Source: Stegostoma tigrinum (taxonomy: Eukaryota). Taken from it: a stretch of 64,000 nt of DNA. The stretch lies in assembly GCF_030684315.1 (NCBI RefSeq), contig NC_081396.1:1674001-1738000 (forward strand), read 5' to 3'. The notes beneath the pieces were generated by a model. That model was not told the origin of the DNA. It did no database searches and worked only from the letters and a program-made list of their open reading frames with translations. The position numbers and the translations under genes are program-made. Shown here piece after piece: positions 50,125 through 62,723 of the stretch; within the stretch, counting starts at the first letter, position 1, and each line of letters opens with the position of its first letter.

Positions 50125-50575
50125 ATGCTAGTTCTGAAACTTACAGTAATAGTTGGTGACCTCTTTTGCACTGACATCCAGAACATTCAGGGCAAATCTA
50201 TTTTGCAATCTATTCGTCGACACAAAAATCTCTGTAGAGAGACCCTCTTCCAATCCATTGAAGTCTACGCTTGATTGACAGAATCTTCACTTTTTATCAA
50301 GCTATAACCTTAACTATGCTGGTGATGAGAAGACTTTTATACTCGCTCTTGGTCTTGTAGGTCCTGTGTCACTCACTGATTGAAGAACCTGGAGATTAAA
50401 CAGAGAGAGTTTTATAAACCAGAAGGGAAACACAAAACAGGGTTATGCACCAAACTGTCGCTGTATTTCAGATAAACTCGGGCAGCGCAATGTTAAATCC
50501 ACACAATTTTGGTTTCTGTGATCAGTACTCACAGGCTAAATATACACAGAGAATGAAAACAAAGTGAGTTCCCAT
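50125..50575 (-). pseudogene. NAR-TCR V pseudogene 2 (leader 50575-50533, V 50388-~50125)
   Basis: Leader MGTHFVFILCVYLA+T|gtgagt (43 nt, like 13862). Acceptor 'ctgtttaatctccag' resembles the one at 35718-35737. Ends QNRFALNVLDVSAKEVTNYYCK. Confidence 0.75.
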
Positions 50576-51589
50576 CGTTCTTGCGCCTACATCTGATGGT
50601 TTGGATGAATGAGATGATGAAGCTGGAAACTGTTCTGGGAGACTGAGTCGTGAACTGGGCTGGGATGGTTTTGATTTGTTGGCAGATGTGCACATAATGT
50701 GACTGATGTGACAAATTGATTCAAGGTCTTTGGACGTGCGTTATCTAAATTGAAGGCAGGTTTAGGCAGAAATTTTACAGCTCTGTGTAACCACCAGCTC
50801 TGTCTGCTGGATATGAAACCATCTCCCACATTCGGCGAGTTCACAGGGTGGGGAGGGGCTGAATTTGGGATATGTTCTGACAGTGATGTGTGCACCCGCG
50901 TAAAGGGACAGGCTCATTTGTAAAGAGAAATAAATAGACGGCCTTATATCTGTCATTTCAGACAGGGATTCACACATATAGATACACATGAAGAGACTTA
51001 GGACAAACACAAATGAACACAAACGTACACAAACAGATGCAGTTAAATATGCACAAATATTATACACATAGCCACATATGAAGTTCTATACAACGTTTAC
51101 TCCTAATATATTGAATATTGCCACGTTAATATTATTGTTATTAGCGTTTAATAATTGTCACTATATTACAAATATTTGATTTTTGTTGCAAATTCTTCTC
51201 TTGTTGCAGAGTCCAGTATTTTGTTTCATAGTCCCGAATACGGTAGACTGAAAGCATGCTACCTGTGCAATAATCTCTGCTAACTGTCAGAGCGTCACTA
51301 TCTGGCAGACACAGGAAGAGGTCTTTCTGCCTCCAGGAATGTGCCCGGCTTTAAACTGAGTAATTTAGTTAATCCAACTCCCCTATTCTCTACACAAGCC
51401 CTGCATATATTGATATTTCAAAATGAGAGTGAAACTGTTCGACCCCGATGTGAAGCAGTTCATTTCAACTTAGAATTTTTTTTTGTTAAAGATAAACTGT
51501 GTGCATAAGCCCCAAATCTTTTGAAACATTCTGTTTGTAAGTAGCTGTAGACATGAGAATCTTTCAGCCTCAGAGTGGGAACAGCAGTT

Positions 51590-52070
51590 TGAAACATTTG
51601 TGCATCTAATTCTGTGATCCTGTCAGTTAGTGAGAGTGGTTTGAGAGTGATTTAATGCTTTTGGTGTCTGTGAATGAGAGAAAGCGTATGCTCATGTGTT
51701 CGAGAGTGTATGGCTGCATGTGTGACAGACTGAAAATGTCAGCTTTACAGTGTGTGAGAATGTGCATAGGTAAGAGTTGGATGAGTGTGAATATGGCTAT
51801 GTGAGTGTCTCTGATTCAGAGAGATGGGGTGATCGTGGGCTAATGTATGAGAGTGTGTTTTCTGAGTGACATTGTGTCTGAGAATAAACTTGGCAGCATG
51901 GCAGTGAATGTGTGAAACAGTATATGGTGTGAGAGAGTATGAGTGAAGGAGTGTTTGTCAAAGCAAGAGAGTGTGAGATTTTCTCAGAGTGAGTTTGACA
52001 GTGTGAGTGTCAGAGGCTATGTCGGTGTGTGAATGTGTAAGAGGGAAACAGTATGTGGATGAGAAGGTGC
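51590..52070. repeat. GT/GA-rich low-complexity region
   Basis: Degenerate tgtgagag/gtgtga runs. Confidence 0.6.
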
Positions 52071-53379
52071 ACACTAAAGTATTTCTGCCAGTATGAGTTG
52101 GTTCCCCACGACAAAGTAAAGGTATATGTTAAACACATGTTTTCCATTCAGCCTCAACATTTCCCAGGAGTAGTTGGAAGTTAGAACACATGTGACATGT
52201 TTCTTTAAAAAAAGCTCAAATTTGGAAAAGTCAAATAGATGAAGAGTTTGATATCAGGAAGTTGCATTTATTAAAAGCACATTTGCTGTCAACAGATATT
52301 GACCAAAAATTAAAATAACCAAGATATAGAACAAAGGTTTCGAAAATATCGGTGGTAATTAGCACTGGAAAGGGTCAGAGGTAGCTGTCATATTAAAATG
52401 ACACAATATGCAGCAGTGTTATGTTAACATCAGCAGAAGGCAAGGAAATCCTTTGATGATCTAAGTTCGAATCAGAGGGAATAGATGGGGAAAGAATTAT
52501 TTTAACAATGAGGCCAACTCCCATGTTAATGTGACGTAACGTAACGAGCTGTCAAAATCGCTCTTCTTAATGGCATGTTTCACGTAAGGAAAATAAATAT
52601 TCATGTTGCATCAATCTGAGGAAATATTTTCTGTTCTAATGAACGGTGACTGGGCACGAAACTTCAATTCTGATTTCTCTCCACGGAAGCTGCCGGACCC
52701 GCTGAGATTTTCGACGATTTTCGGCTTTTGTTTGTTTCAGATTTACAACATCTACAGTGCTTTCATTTTTTTTCTTCTTAATCTCAAGAAGTCCATGATT
52801 TGCAAGTACAAATCGAGATTTTCCGATTAGTGTTGGAGATTTCTTCACTTACACTGAGAGCGGCCTGAGTGTGGAATATGGCTTCAGCTACAATGTGGGA
52901 GGAAAATAACCTGATGCAGTTGAAGCTGAAAAGCACATTATCACTAGATCTCTGTTTTATATAGGGAAGGATGACATATCTATTGTCATTGAGGACGACA
53001 TTAATTCTTGGTGAAAAAAATTACCCAGCAATTACTTGTACACTACTCTAGAGTGCAGTGTTGACCTGTCATAACTATAGAATTTAAGACCTGGATGCGG
53101 ATTCGCATTAAGCAGAGTGGGCAGCGGTAAAAGTGAAATGATTGGCATGGAAAGACAAACACCAAGACTAAACTGCTTCGCAACATTAATACGAAGGCAA
53201 CTCTGAGTTGAACTGAAGAGGGCACTTCTCCATTTGTTAATTTCAAAATAAATTTGCTTATCTCCTTTTTCTAAACAGAGATTTGTGGAGAATTGCTTCA
53301 GTCCAAATTTTATCCAATCTGACTATGTTAAAAATTCACTGAGTCCTCTTAATTTTTTTTCGCATTTTGATCCGCACAG

Positions 53380-53687
53380 CGGCGATGGGAAAAGATAAAG
53401 TAACTAAACTTCCTCACTGATGATTGCTAGCAAAGCAGGTATCCTATCTGCGAACTGCACTTGTAATATGGTGTGTTGGCACAGACAGCTCCTAAATCAG
53501 TCAGAGCAATTTCTGGTGATACCAGTAACAGAGGTTTACCAACATGAGAGAATCACAGCTTCAATCAATGGAGATTACAAATTCAGCTCCCTGACTGTGC
53601 AAAAAGCCAGAATTACTGACACTGCTACCTATCTCTGTGCCACGCGGACACAGCATTACAAAGAGCTGGAGAATGCGTACAAATACC
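53380..53687 (+). pseudogene. TCR V pseudogene with 23-RSS (53649-53687)
   Basis: cacag|..AMGKDKVTK, frameshift, ..NCT..WHRQLLNQSEQF..ERITASINGDYKFSSLTVQKARITDTATYLCATR. RSS CACAGCA + 23 nt + ACAAATACC. Confidence 0.8.
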
Positions 53688-55344
53688 TCCACAAAGTTGG
53701 AGTTGAGCGATGTTAGTTTTGAGCATTAGTCTTATTAATTCACAGTTCTAAAACTGGAGTTTTTAAGGGAATTAGGTCAAAATACAACAGGAAATAAGGA
53801 AAGGCATAATTCGGCTGCAGTCTGAAATGAAGAAAATTCGAAACGTGGGCAGAGAGGAAGGAGCAGTATACATACAAGCTGGAAGAAAAAATAAAAAAGA
53901 AAGGAACTGGAGAAATGCGACAACAATATTCGCTGAGAATGGAATGGTGATAAACCATTGCAGGAGAAGGGAGGCAGGTGACAGCATTGTGGTATTATCG
54001 CTGGAATATTAATGGTGAGATAATTTCTGGGACCCCAGTTCAAATGTGAAAATAGTTGAAAAATTTTTTATATTTCTGGAATTAACCATTAATCTATCAC
54101 CGATTGCCAGGTGGAAAAACATCTAGTCAATGAACACTCTTTACCGAAAGAAACTACCATCCTTAAACATGGTTTGAGCTACACGTGCCTCCAGAACCAT
54201 CGCAATGTGATTGGCTCTTCACTGTCAATTATTATTGGGCGATAAATGCGATATAAACGCTATATAAAATCAGTCCTAGTAGCTTCATCCCATAATGGAC
54301 TTTTTTTTGAAGGACGCAAGTGAAATATAACAAACATAATGCATCAAGGATAAGGATCATGTTAAATTATGAATGAATGAAATGTAAAGGAAGTATAGTG
54401 TCATTTCCCGGAACATTGCTAGTATTTCATTAATGGGCTCTGTCAAATTGCCTTGAAAACAATTGCAAAAACATAAACTTTGATATTACCACATTGATAT
54501 ATTTACCATTTTCCAGTGATGCAAAATTCCAAGCAATCCCATAATGTGATCCTGAAGTCCTAGTCACAGAAAATACCAATATATTTCTCTTTCTGTCATC
54601 GTTTTGAGTCGGTATCACCACTTTCCTTACCACGGCATTGTGTCATCTGTAAACATGACAGTAGTGCATTTATTTCCGTTTAGGTTTGGATTAGCAACAC
54701 TGTGCGTCTCTACTCTTTCCCCATTCACAATCAGTATTGGAGCAAGACCGTAAAAACAAGTACTTTATTCCTTTAAAGTGCCAATTTATGTTTTATGGGC
54801 GCCCTTGGCATTCGTCTCTAATAGTCCTTCATGTTAAAACGCTTAATATGTACTTTAAATGCTATAGTGTATCTGGAATAGATAAAGGAATCATATTTAC
54901 TATGATGCCGAGTCAAGGTAAACGCATACTGTTTCTATGAACCTTACGAGGAATTAAAGCAAAAGAAAAATTCTATCTACTGTTTGAATCCTTGAAAATG
55001 TGATTGTATATTTTCCTCATCACATTAATCAATTCCCTCAGACACGTTGAATCTCTGCACCGGCAACACGGTGCCCTCATGGTTTGAGAGCAGTTTTTTT
55101 AAACAAGGGAACGCAGATCTGATACTGGAAAAACATAAACTGTTCACCTCCTCTGGATTTCATTGTTTAATGAAAATAAATGATAAATGTGAAAGTTTAG
55201 TTTATTCTCAGTTGAAAAGCCCTTTGGCAGCGAATTAATTCAGTTTGTTTCATTCTCTCCATGGCCATGATATGAAGTGGACCTCAGAGCTTGAAGTTGA
55301 TTGGTTGAATTGAAGAACAAAAGATCTTGAAGTGCATTGACTAT

Positions 55345-55360
55345 CACCTGACGTCTATTC
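55345..55360 (+). promoter_or_regulatory. Candidate CRE-like/E-box V promoter element (CACCTGACGTCT)
   Basis: About 130 bp upstream of the leader ATG; retained at ~61689-61700 in the duplicate. Confidence 0.3.
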
Positions 55361-55477
55361 TAACAAGTACCAATGAACAGAGATGCGGAAATTACTCAAC
55401 CTCTTCCCAAATCTTGACGAACATACTTGTAGCTTCACCCATATCTAATTTATATTCATCGTGATCTCTCTGCAAGC

Positions 55478-56326
55478 ATGGTGCCTGAAGATCTGTATTT
55501 ATTCCTCAATGCTGCAGTTCTTCTAACCGGTAGGTTCACAACTAGACTATTTTTTGTGCCTCAGTGCTTTACCAGGAATTACATTTACACCAGCAATTTG
55601 ATCAACTCAGAGGCAGCAAAATCCTTTAGACTGAAATTTGTCCCAAAATCGAGCACAGTCTGGGATAAATAAGCAGTTGATGACAGAAGTATAAGGTTTG
55701 AAATCCAGAGAGGACTGAAAATGAGATCATTCAACAGAGGAAGGAATCTTAAACTCCAGCGACCATTTCAATATTCAAGATTTTGAAAATGAAATGAAAA
55801 GTTATCTCATCAAAAGGTATGGCCTGCAAAGTAATAGAAGTTTGCTTCAACCTGCCGAGGCTCTTCCAGGTCAAAGTCACTGATTTGTATGAAATTAGCT
55901 GGTGTTTTAGCTTCCCTGACTTATTTCTCTGGCTATTGTTCAAAGTGAATGGAATAATTCCAGGCAGTAAGAATCTTGTAGTAACTTATGTTATGTCTTG
56001 TTATTCTTGGCTCTTACAGGACTTTGTCGAGGCGATTCTGTCTCACAAACGCCGTTTGTAATCACAGTGACTGAGAGAGATGATGTCCAGTTGTTTTGTA
56101 ATTACAATGCTACAACAAGCAACGATCCTAACCTGTTCTGGTACCGTCAGAAAGCCAATGGACCAATGGAGTATCTGTTACAGAGAAGCCAATATATCAG
56201 GAACACGGAAAGATTTCCAGGAGATCGGCTTTCCTCGGATTTTGACCACGTGAACCGTATTATCCAGCTGAAAGTGCTGAAAACAGAGCTGGCAGACTCG
56301 GCTTTGTATTACTGTGCTCTGAGACC
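55478..56326 (+). CDS. TCR alpha/delta V segment (leader 55478-55529, V exon 56020-56326)
   Basis: MVPEDLYLFLNAAVLLT|gtagg..ttacag|GLCRGDSVSQTP..LFCNY..LFWYRQ..ELADSALYYCALR; open frame. Confidence 0.92.
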
Positions 56327-56365
56327 CACAGAGACTCAGGACAAAAGTAACTGTGCACAAAAACG
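56327..56365 (+). other. 23-RSS
   Basis: CACAGAG + 23 nt + ACAAAAACG. Confidence 0.9.
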
Positions 56366-58098
56366 TCAGAATGTAACAGAACATGTAAATGAGTCAGGCA
56401 AGTAGTGAGATCAAAAATAGATCATAATACATGACGATATTCAATAGTTTTAATCGAAAATATAGCACTTTGTTATAAATATGTCATTGAAATGAACAAC
56501 TGTCAGTTTAGTGAGTGAAAAGTATATGTATAGATATTTAAAGGTGTCCCACATTCATGTATTTCACTTTGGCAGCAATGAGTTGGCGTAGAAATGCAGC
56601 AACCAGCTTGGTCCTGCAAAATCCTCCAATGAAACAGAGAATTTCAAAACTCAGAGGCAATGATTTGTCGTGGGTTTCTAATAATGAAACACTAGGACAA
56701 CCTGAATATGTCAAACAGAATGTATTTCATTGAGCAACTTATTTTCTTATATTTCTGATTTTGTAGGGAAAACACTGTTCTGCTGAACTTTTTAAAACCT
56801 ATTTCTTTCGTTACTACTCATGTAAATATGACCTTGTATCGCAGTATTTTGTACCTCTGATGTTGCCGTGGAGATATTGTACATTTTTGACTGTACTCGC
56901 CTTACCCTGTACTGGCGTACACCTGACAATAAAGGCTATATTTAAATGCTAAGAAGTCCAGTATAGCTGGTGATAGATTCACTGCTCCCAGGTAATGGAG
57001 ACTTGTTTTACAATATCAATTAGAAAGTTAATACTCACATTGAAAAATATGAACCAAGTGAAGAGGTTCAGTTGTGCATGCTTAATGGATGACAGCTGGC
57101 CGTGAAAGTTTCAGTCACGCGAATTTTGTGCTGATAGTAACAGAAACTCAGAAGCTTAGCTCTGGACACCAGCTTAAAGAGAAGAAAAATAGAAGTGGCT
57201 AAATGTTAAAGTAAACTGACAGTAAGTGTCACATCCATTCACCATGAAAATAAATTGAAATTCCAGCAGATAATAACGTATTATTTTCCTTATGCTGGCT
57301 CATGGCCTTGTTTGGAAAACCTGTGAAAATCTTCCCTCATTCTGTTGCCTCCTCTGATTGGATCAAATCAGTTTGCTGCTGGTTATATTGAAAAGATACT
57401 TTAGGCTTGGCTTCACTGTTGTCCTCTTTCTGTTATATTGATTCTGCGTCATTCTTTGCATCATGTTTTATTATTTTCATTACTTACCATGGACAGTTTT
57501 ATGTTTTCCCCCATGGCATACTAGGAAACTAATATCGCAACAAGATGTATTATTATCTGTAAATTTCCACAAATCAAATATTAGCCTAGATTTCAGTGTC
57601 AGCTGGAATTATTGCTCACGTATTTATTATTTCATAAAACATGTTAGTGACATTGCTATAATGTGGAGTTTATTTCAGATTGATGTGGACAGATATGTGG
57701 ATTTTCAGGGAAATCAGAGGCTGAGAGATAGCACAGGAAGGTGGTTGAGAGTTGGATCAGTATCATCGCATTCAGTGGAGGAGCAGGGTCGAACTGCCAT
57801 TCGGAGCCGTTCAACTTTTCCTTATTGTGATCTTGTGACCAGCTCTTTTACATTTTACATACTCTTTTGCATTGGGCACCACTTCCGGACAAAATGAATA
57901 TATGATTCAACAATGAAGCTAAAATAATTGAGCTTCAGTCAACTCAAAATAATTATTAGCTCTGAACTGTAACTAAAATAGTTTCTGCACTTATTTTATG
58001 TGCATAGATCATAATTTCTCTAAAGGACTAGTCATCACTTCCTTTTGGAGTTTTCGAGCTTTAGTGTTGCAGGCATAGAATTGTAATACAAAATTAGC

Positions 58099-59996
58099 AT
58101 GCTATTGTATTCCTTTGGATTCGTTGTTCTGGTGATCAGTAACATCTTGGTATAAATGATTTAATTGTGGACTGTTGTGATGTATAAACAGGCAATATAT
58201 TCCGATTAATCGTCGATTTTATCATCATTACTGTTCATAAGAAGTAAAAGGAATTAGCTGGACATAAAATGAAGATGGAATGAATTTAGCATCATTGGTA
58301 GATAGCGTCGATTCATCACTTTACAATTTCCAACATAAATCAGGAGGTTTAGTTTTGATTTACAGATTTGGCAGGAATTGAATCTCCACGAAGCTTTAAT
58401 AATTCATGACTGAAGGGGAGTCAGAAAGAATCAAGGACAGATGGAGATCAATTCCTTCCAAGAGATGACTGAAAAGCTGTTGGCTTTGAGACGACCAATC
58501 TTCGAGTGGGAACCTAACTAATACCTAATAACAATATTTTACAAGCGCTTGCTGACAACGTCACAAATTAGCCTCTTACACAATGAATAAAATGCAATGT
58601 TATTAGTTTTTGTTCTTTTCTCAACCACCGAGAGCACTAAACTTACCACTGAGACTCCGAAACTAGGAAGGATGTCTTAGCCTTGTTGCTAGATCTGCAT
58701 TGACCTGCCTTTTCATCTCTCGTGTAAGATTGGCTGAAGTGTAATGTTAACTGCCTGATGCCAATGCAGCCTGCTACTGACAAACACTTACAACGACTCC
58801 AACATTTATCAGCTCTCGTGAGCAAGGGATCCTAATGACAAGAAACAAAATTCTGTCCTTATGCCGCTCGAAGATGTTCAATGCCATTTCGATAAGAGAT
58901 ACTGCTGCCCAAGACATCGGCATGTCGTATAATGCAAAACAAATAGAGTATAAAAAAATGTGGTCACAACTGTACAATATCTTGCTGGCATCCTGTTCCT
59001 ACTTCTCCACTTTCCCCAAAGCTAGACCTTTATAAACTTTGGTAATCATCACAAATGTAAGTTTGCATAATTTTTAAAATCCATTTTGATAAGCATACAA
59101 TCTTTTGTCGGCCTTCCTACAAATACAATTTATAAATTATCATAGTATGGTGATACTATATGCATTGTATTTATCGTAAGAGTAACAAGAGATTGCATTC
59201 TTATCCAAAGTTTTATTTAAAATAAAACCAGAAATCAAAGTAGGGTTAGAATGAGATGCATTTTGATTGTTTATAAAAGGAACGTTTTGGTCAAGAGCTA
59301 TCTCATTCAATCCAAAAAAATAAAAACTAGTGAGCATTTTACTTACGTGGGAAGAACAGAATCGATGGGGCCAGGCTCCCATAGAACCAGGATTTTATTT
59401 TTAGGATTTGCAAGTTAACTTTAAATCTATCTGCCTGTTTACTAACTAAATCTAAAAGATGTGAATTACATCCGTCTCTGCCAGAATCACATGTGACAAA
59501 ATCTATTTTACTGAATTTTCCTTTACCAAGTGTGTTTTATCAAATGTTGCTATATTGGGACAGTTTCTGTTTCTTCGTTAGATAACCTTTGATATTGTGA
59601 AGTTTTTTTTTAACAGTGTTAAAGTTGTACCAATTCTTCTTTCCTCTTTTATAATTTAACCGGGGGTTAAAATAAAGTATGTTCCGCTTACTAATGAGCC
59701 GTGTGGCCTATTTATTTATGTCTATGACACACACCTTATGCTTACCTTCTGTTAGATAAAAGTTGGGGTTCAGGCTATCTCCGTGATATTTTTCAGGGGA
59801 GGGTCTTGGTTGTTTTGATCCGTGACATATGCGTAATTTTCTGTCCTTTTCTTGAGCAACGGGAGAAAGTCTCCAGAATTCAATGACAAATTTTGATAGA
59901 GACATGAAAAATGTAACTGTAGATATCACCAAGATACATTTCACTGCATTGACGCTCTCGCGAGTACACTAATACGGATGTAGTCTGTCTCTCATG
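58099..59996 (+). pseudogene. Possible fragmented V relic interrupted by insertions
   Basis: Leader-like MLLYSFGFVVLVI at 58099; tacag|DLAG..MTEGESERI at ~58366; FR3-like NFDRDMKNVTVDITKIHFT at ~59890; ends TGT(G)CTCTCATG just before the RSS. Confidence 0.35.
59148..59827 (+). mobile_element. Probable solo LTR related to the 36790/40617 LTRs
   Basis: 3' part ('gttaaagttgtaccaattcttctttcctc..ggttaaaataaagt..ttttcagg..gatccgtgaca') parallels 41010-41218. Start approximate. Confidence 0.5.
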
Positions 59997-60035
59997 CACA
60001 GAATTACAAAGAGCTGGAGAATCCGTACAAATAAC
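59997..60035 (+). other. 23-RSS (duplicate of 53649)
   Basis: CACAGAA + ttacaaagagctggagaatccgt + ACAAATAAC. Confidence 0.8.
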
Positions 60036-61820
60036 TCCACAAAGTTGGAGTTGAAGGTAGGTTTGAATATCACGGTTATTAATTCACAGCTCCAAAACCG
60101 GAGTTTTTAAGGGAATTAGGTGAAAATACAACGGGAAATAAGGAAAGGCATAATTCGAATGCAGTCTGAAATGAAGAAAATTCGAAATGTGGGCAGAGAG
60201 GAAGTAACAGTATACATATAAGCTGGAAGAAAAGATGAAAAGAAAGGAACTGGAGAAATGCCATAACAATATTCACTGAGGATGGAATGGTGATAAACCA
60301 TTGCAGGAGAAGGGAGACAGGTGACAGTCTTGTGGTATTATCGCTGGAATATTAATGCAGCAATATTTTCTTGGACCACAGTTCAACTGTGAAAGTAGTT
60401 GAAATTTTAAAAAAAGTCGGGAATTAACCATTAATGTATCACCGATTGCCAGGGGGAGAAACGTCTAGTCCACTAACACTCTTTATGGAAAGAAACTACA
60501 TTCCTTATTCATAGTTTGGGCTACATGTGTCACCAGGACCACCGCAATGTGGTGTTCTCATGACTGTCAATTACGATTGGGCCATAAATACTGTATAAAT
60601 GTTACATAAAATATGTCCAATTAGCTTCATTCCATAATAGACCTTTTTTTGAAGGAAGGAAGTGAAGAATAACAAGCATGATGCATCAAGGATAAGGATC
60701 AGGTTAAATTATGCATGACTGAAATATGAAGGAAGTATAGTGTAATTTCCCTGAACATCGCTAGTATTTCATTAATGGGCTCTGTCAAATTGTCTCGAAA
60801 ACAATTGCAAAAACATAAACTTTGATATTACCACATTGATATATTTATCATTTTCCAGTGATGCAAAGTTCCAAGCGATCACATAATGTGATCAGGAAGC
60901 CCTATTCACATAAAATGTCTGTATATTTCTCTTTCAGTCATCTTTGTGAGTCATTATCACCCACTTTCCTTACCATGGTATTGTGTCATCTGTAAACATG
61001 ACAGTAGTGTATTTATTTCCGTTTGGATTTGGAGTAGTAATACTGTGTCTCTCTACTCTTTCGCCATTCACAATCAGTATTGGAGCAAGACCGTAAAAAC
61101 AAGTACTTTATTCCTTTAAAGTACCAATTTATGCTTTATGGGCGCCCTTGGCATTCGTCTCTAATAGTTCTTCTTAATAAAACGGTTAATATGTACTTTA
61201 AACTCTATAATGCATCTGGAATGGATAAATGAGTCATATCTCCAATGATGCAGAGCAAAGGCAAACGCATTCTGTTGCTATGGCCTTTAAGAGGAATTGC
61301 AGCAAAAAAAAATCATATTTACTCTCTGATTCCTTGAGAATGGGATTGTGTATTTTCCTCATCACTTTAATCAAGTCCCTCAGACATGCTGAATCCTCGC
61401 AACGGCCACACAGTGCCCTCATGGTTCGAGAGCTGTTTGTTAATGAGGGAACTGCAATTCGGACACTGGAAAAACATGAACTGTTTACCTCCTTTGGATT
61501 CCATTGTTTAATGAAAATAAATGATAAATGTGAAAGTTTCGTTTATTCTCAGTTGAAAAGCCCTTTGGCAGCGAATTAATTCAGTTTGTTTCATTCTCCC
61601 CATGGCCTTGATATGAAGTGAACCTCAAAGGAGCTTGAAGTTGTTTGGTTGAATTGAAGAACAAAAGATCTTGAAGTACATTGACTATCACCTGACGTCT
61701 ATTCTAACACGTACCAATGAACAGAGATGCGGAAATTACACAACCTCTTCCCAACTCTTGATAAACATATTTGTAGCTTCACCCTATTCTGTTTACATTC
61801 GTCGTGATCTCTCTGCAAGC

Positions 61821-62684
61821 ATGTTGCCTGAAGCTCTATATTTATTCCTCAATGCTGCAGTTCTTTTAACCGGTAGGTTCACAACTTGTGTATATTTTTG
61901 TGCTTCAGTGCTTTACTAGGAATTACAGTCACACCAGCTGTTCGATCAACTCAGAGGCAGCAAAACCCTCCCAATCTAAATTCGTCCCGAAATCGAGCAC
62001 AGGTTGGGAAAAATAAGCAAACATCTCCGAGTGGGTGATGGCAGAAATATAAGGTGTGAAATCCAGCGAGGATTGAAACTGAGCTGATTCGGCAGAGGAT
62101 TGAATCTTAAACTCCAGTGATCAATTCAATATGCAAGATTTTAATGGTGAAATGGGAAATTATCTCATCAAAACGTATGGCCTGCAAATTAACAGACGTT
62201 TGCTTCAGTCTGTCGATGCTCTTCCAGGTCAAAGCCACTGATTTGTATGAAATTAACTGGTGTATAAGATTCCCTGACTTACTTCTCCGGCTATTGTTCA
62301 AAGTGAATGGATTAATTCCGGGCGGTAAGAATCTTAAAGTGACTTATTTTATGGCTTGTTATTCTTGGCTCTTACAGGACTTTGTCGAGGCGAATCTGTC
62401 TCACAAACACCGTTTGTAATCACCGTGACTGAGGGAGATGATGTCCAGTTGTTTTGTAATTACACTGCTACAGCAAGCGACGATCCCAACCTGTTCTGGT
62501 ACCGTCAGAAAACCAGCGGATCGATGGAGTATCTGTTACAGAGAAGCCGATATATCAGAAACATGGAAAGATTTCCAGGAGATCGGCTTTCCTCGGATTT
62601 TGACCATGCGAACCGCATTATCCAGCTGAAAGTGCTGAAAACAGAACTGACCGACTCTGCAGTGTATTACTGTGCTTTGAGACC
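61821..62684 (+). CDS. TCR alpha/delta V segment (leader 61821-61872, V exon 62378-62684), paralog of 55478
   Basis: MLPEALYLFLNAAVLLT|gtagg..ttacag|GLCRGESVSQTP..WYRQ..DSAVYYCALR; about 13 aa differ from its paralog in the V exon. Confidence 0.92.
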
Positions 62685-62723
62685 CACAGAGGCTCAGGAC
62701 AAAAGTAACGCTGTACAAAAAAT
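62685..62723 (+). other. 23-RSS
   Basis: CACAGAG + 23 nt + ACAAAAAAT. Confidence 0.88.

Larger units (their letters stand above)
53649..57620 (+). repeat. Segmental duplication, copy A
   Basis: Colinear, high similarity to 59997-63990 (offset ~6.35 kb), including the SINE, promoter, leader, V, RSS and 3' flank. Confidence 0.92.

Noticed and set aside
56327-56405. C-terminal extensions of the V ORFs (also 62685-62793 and 53649-53716)
   Set aside because: Read-through across the RSS; not part of the rearranged protein.
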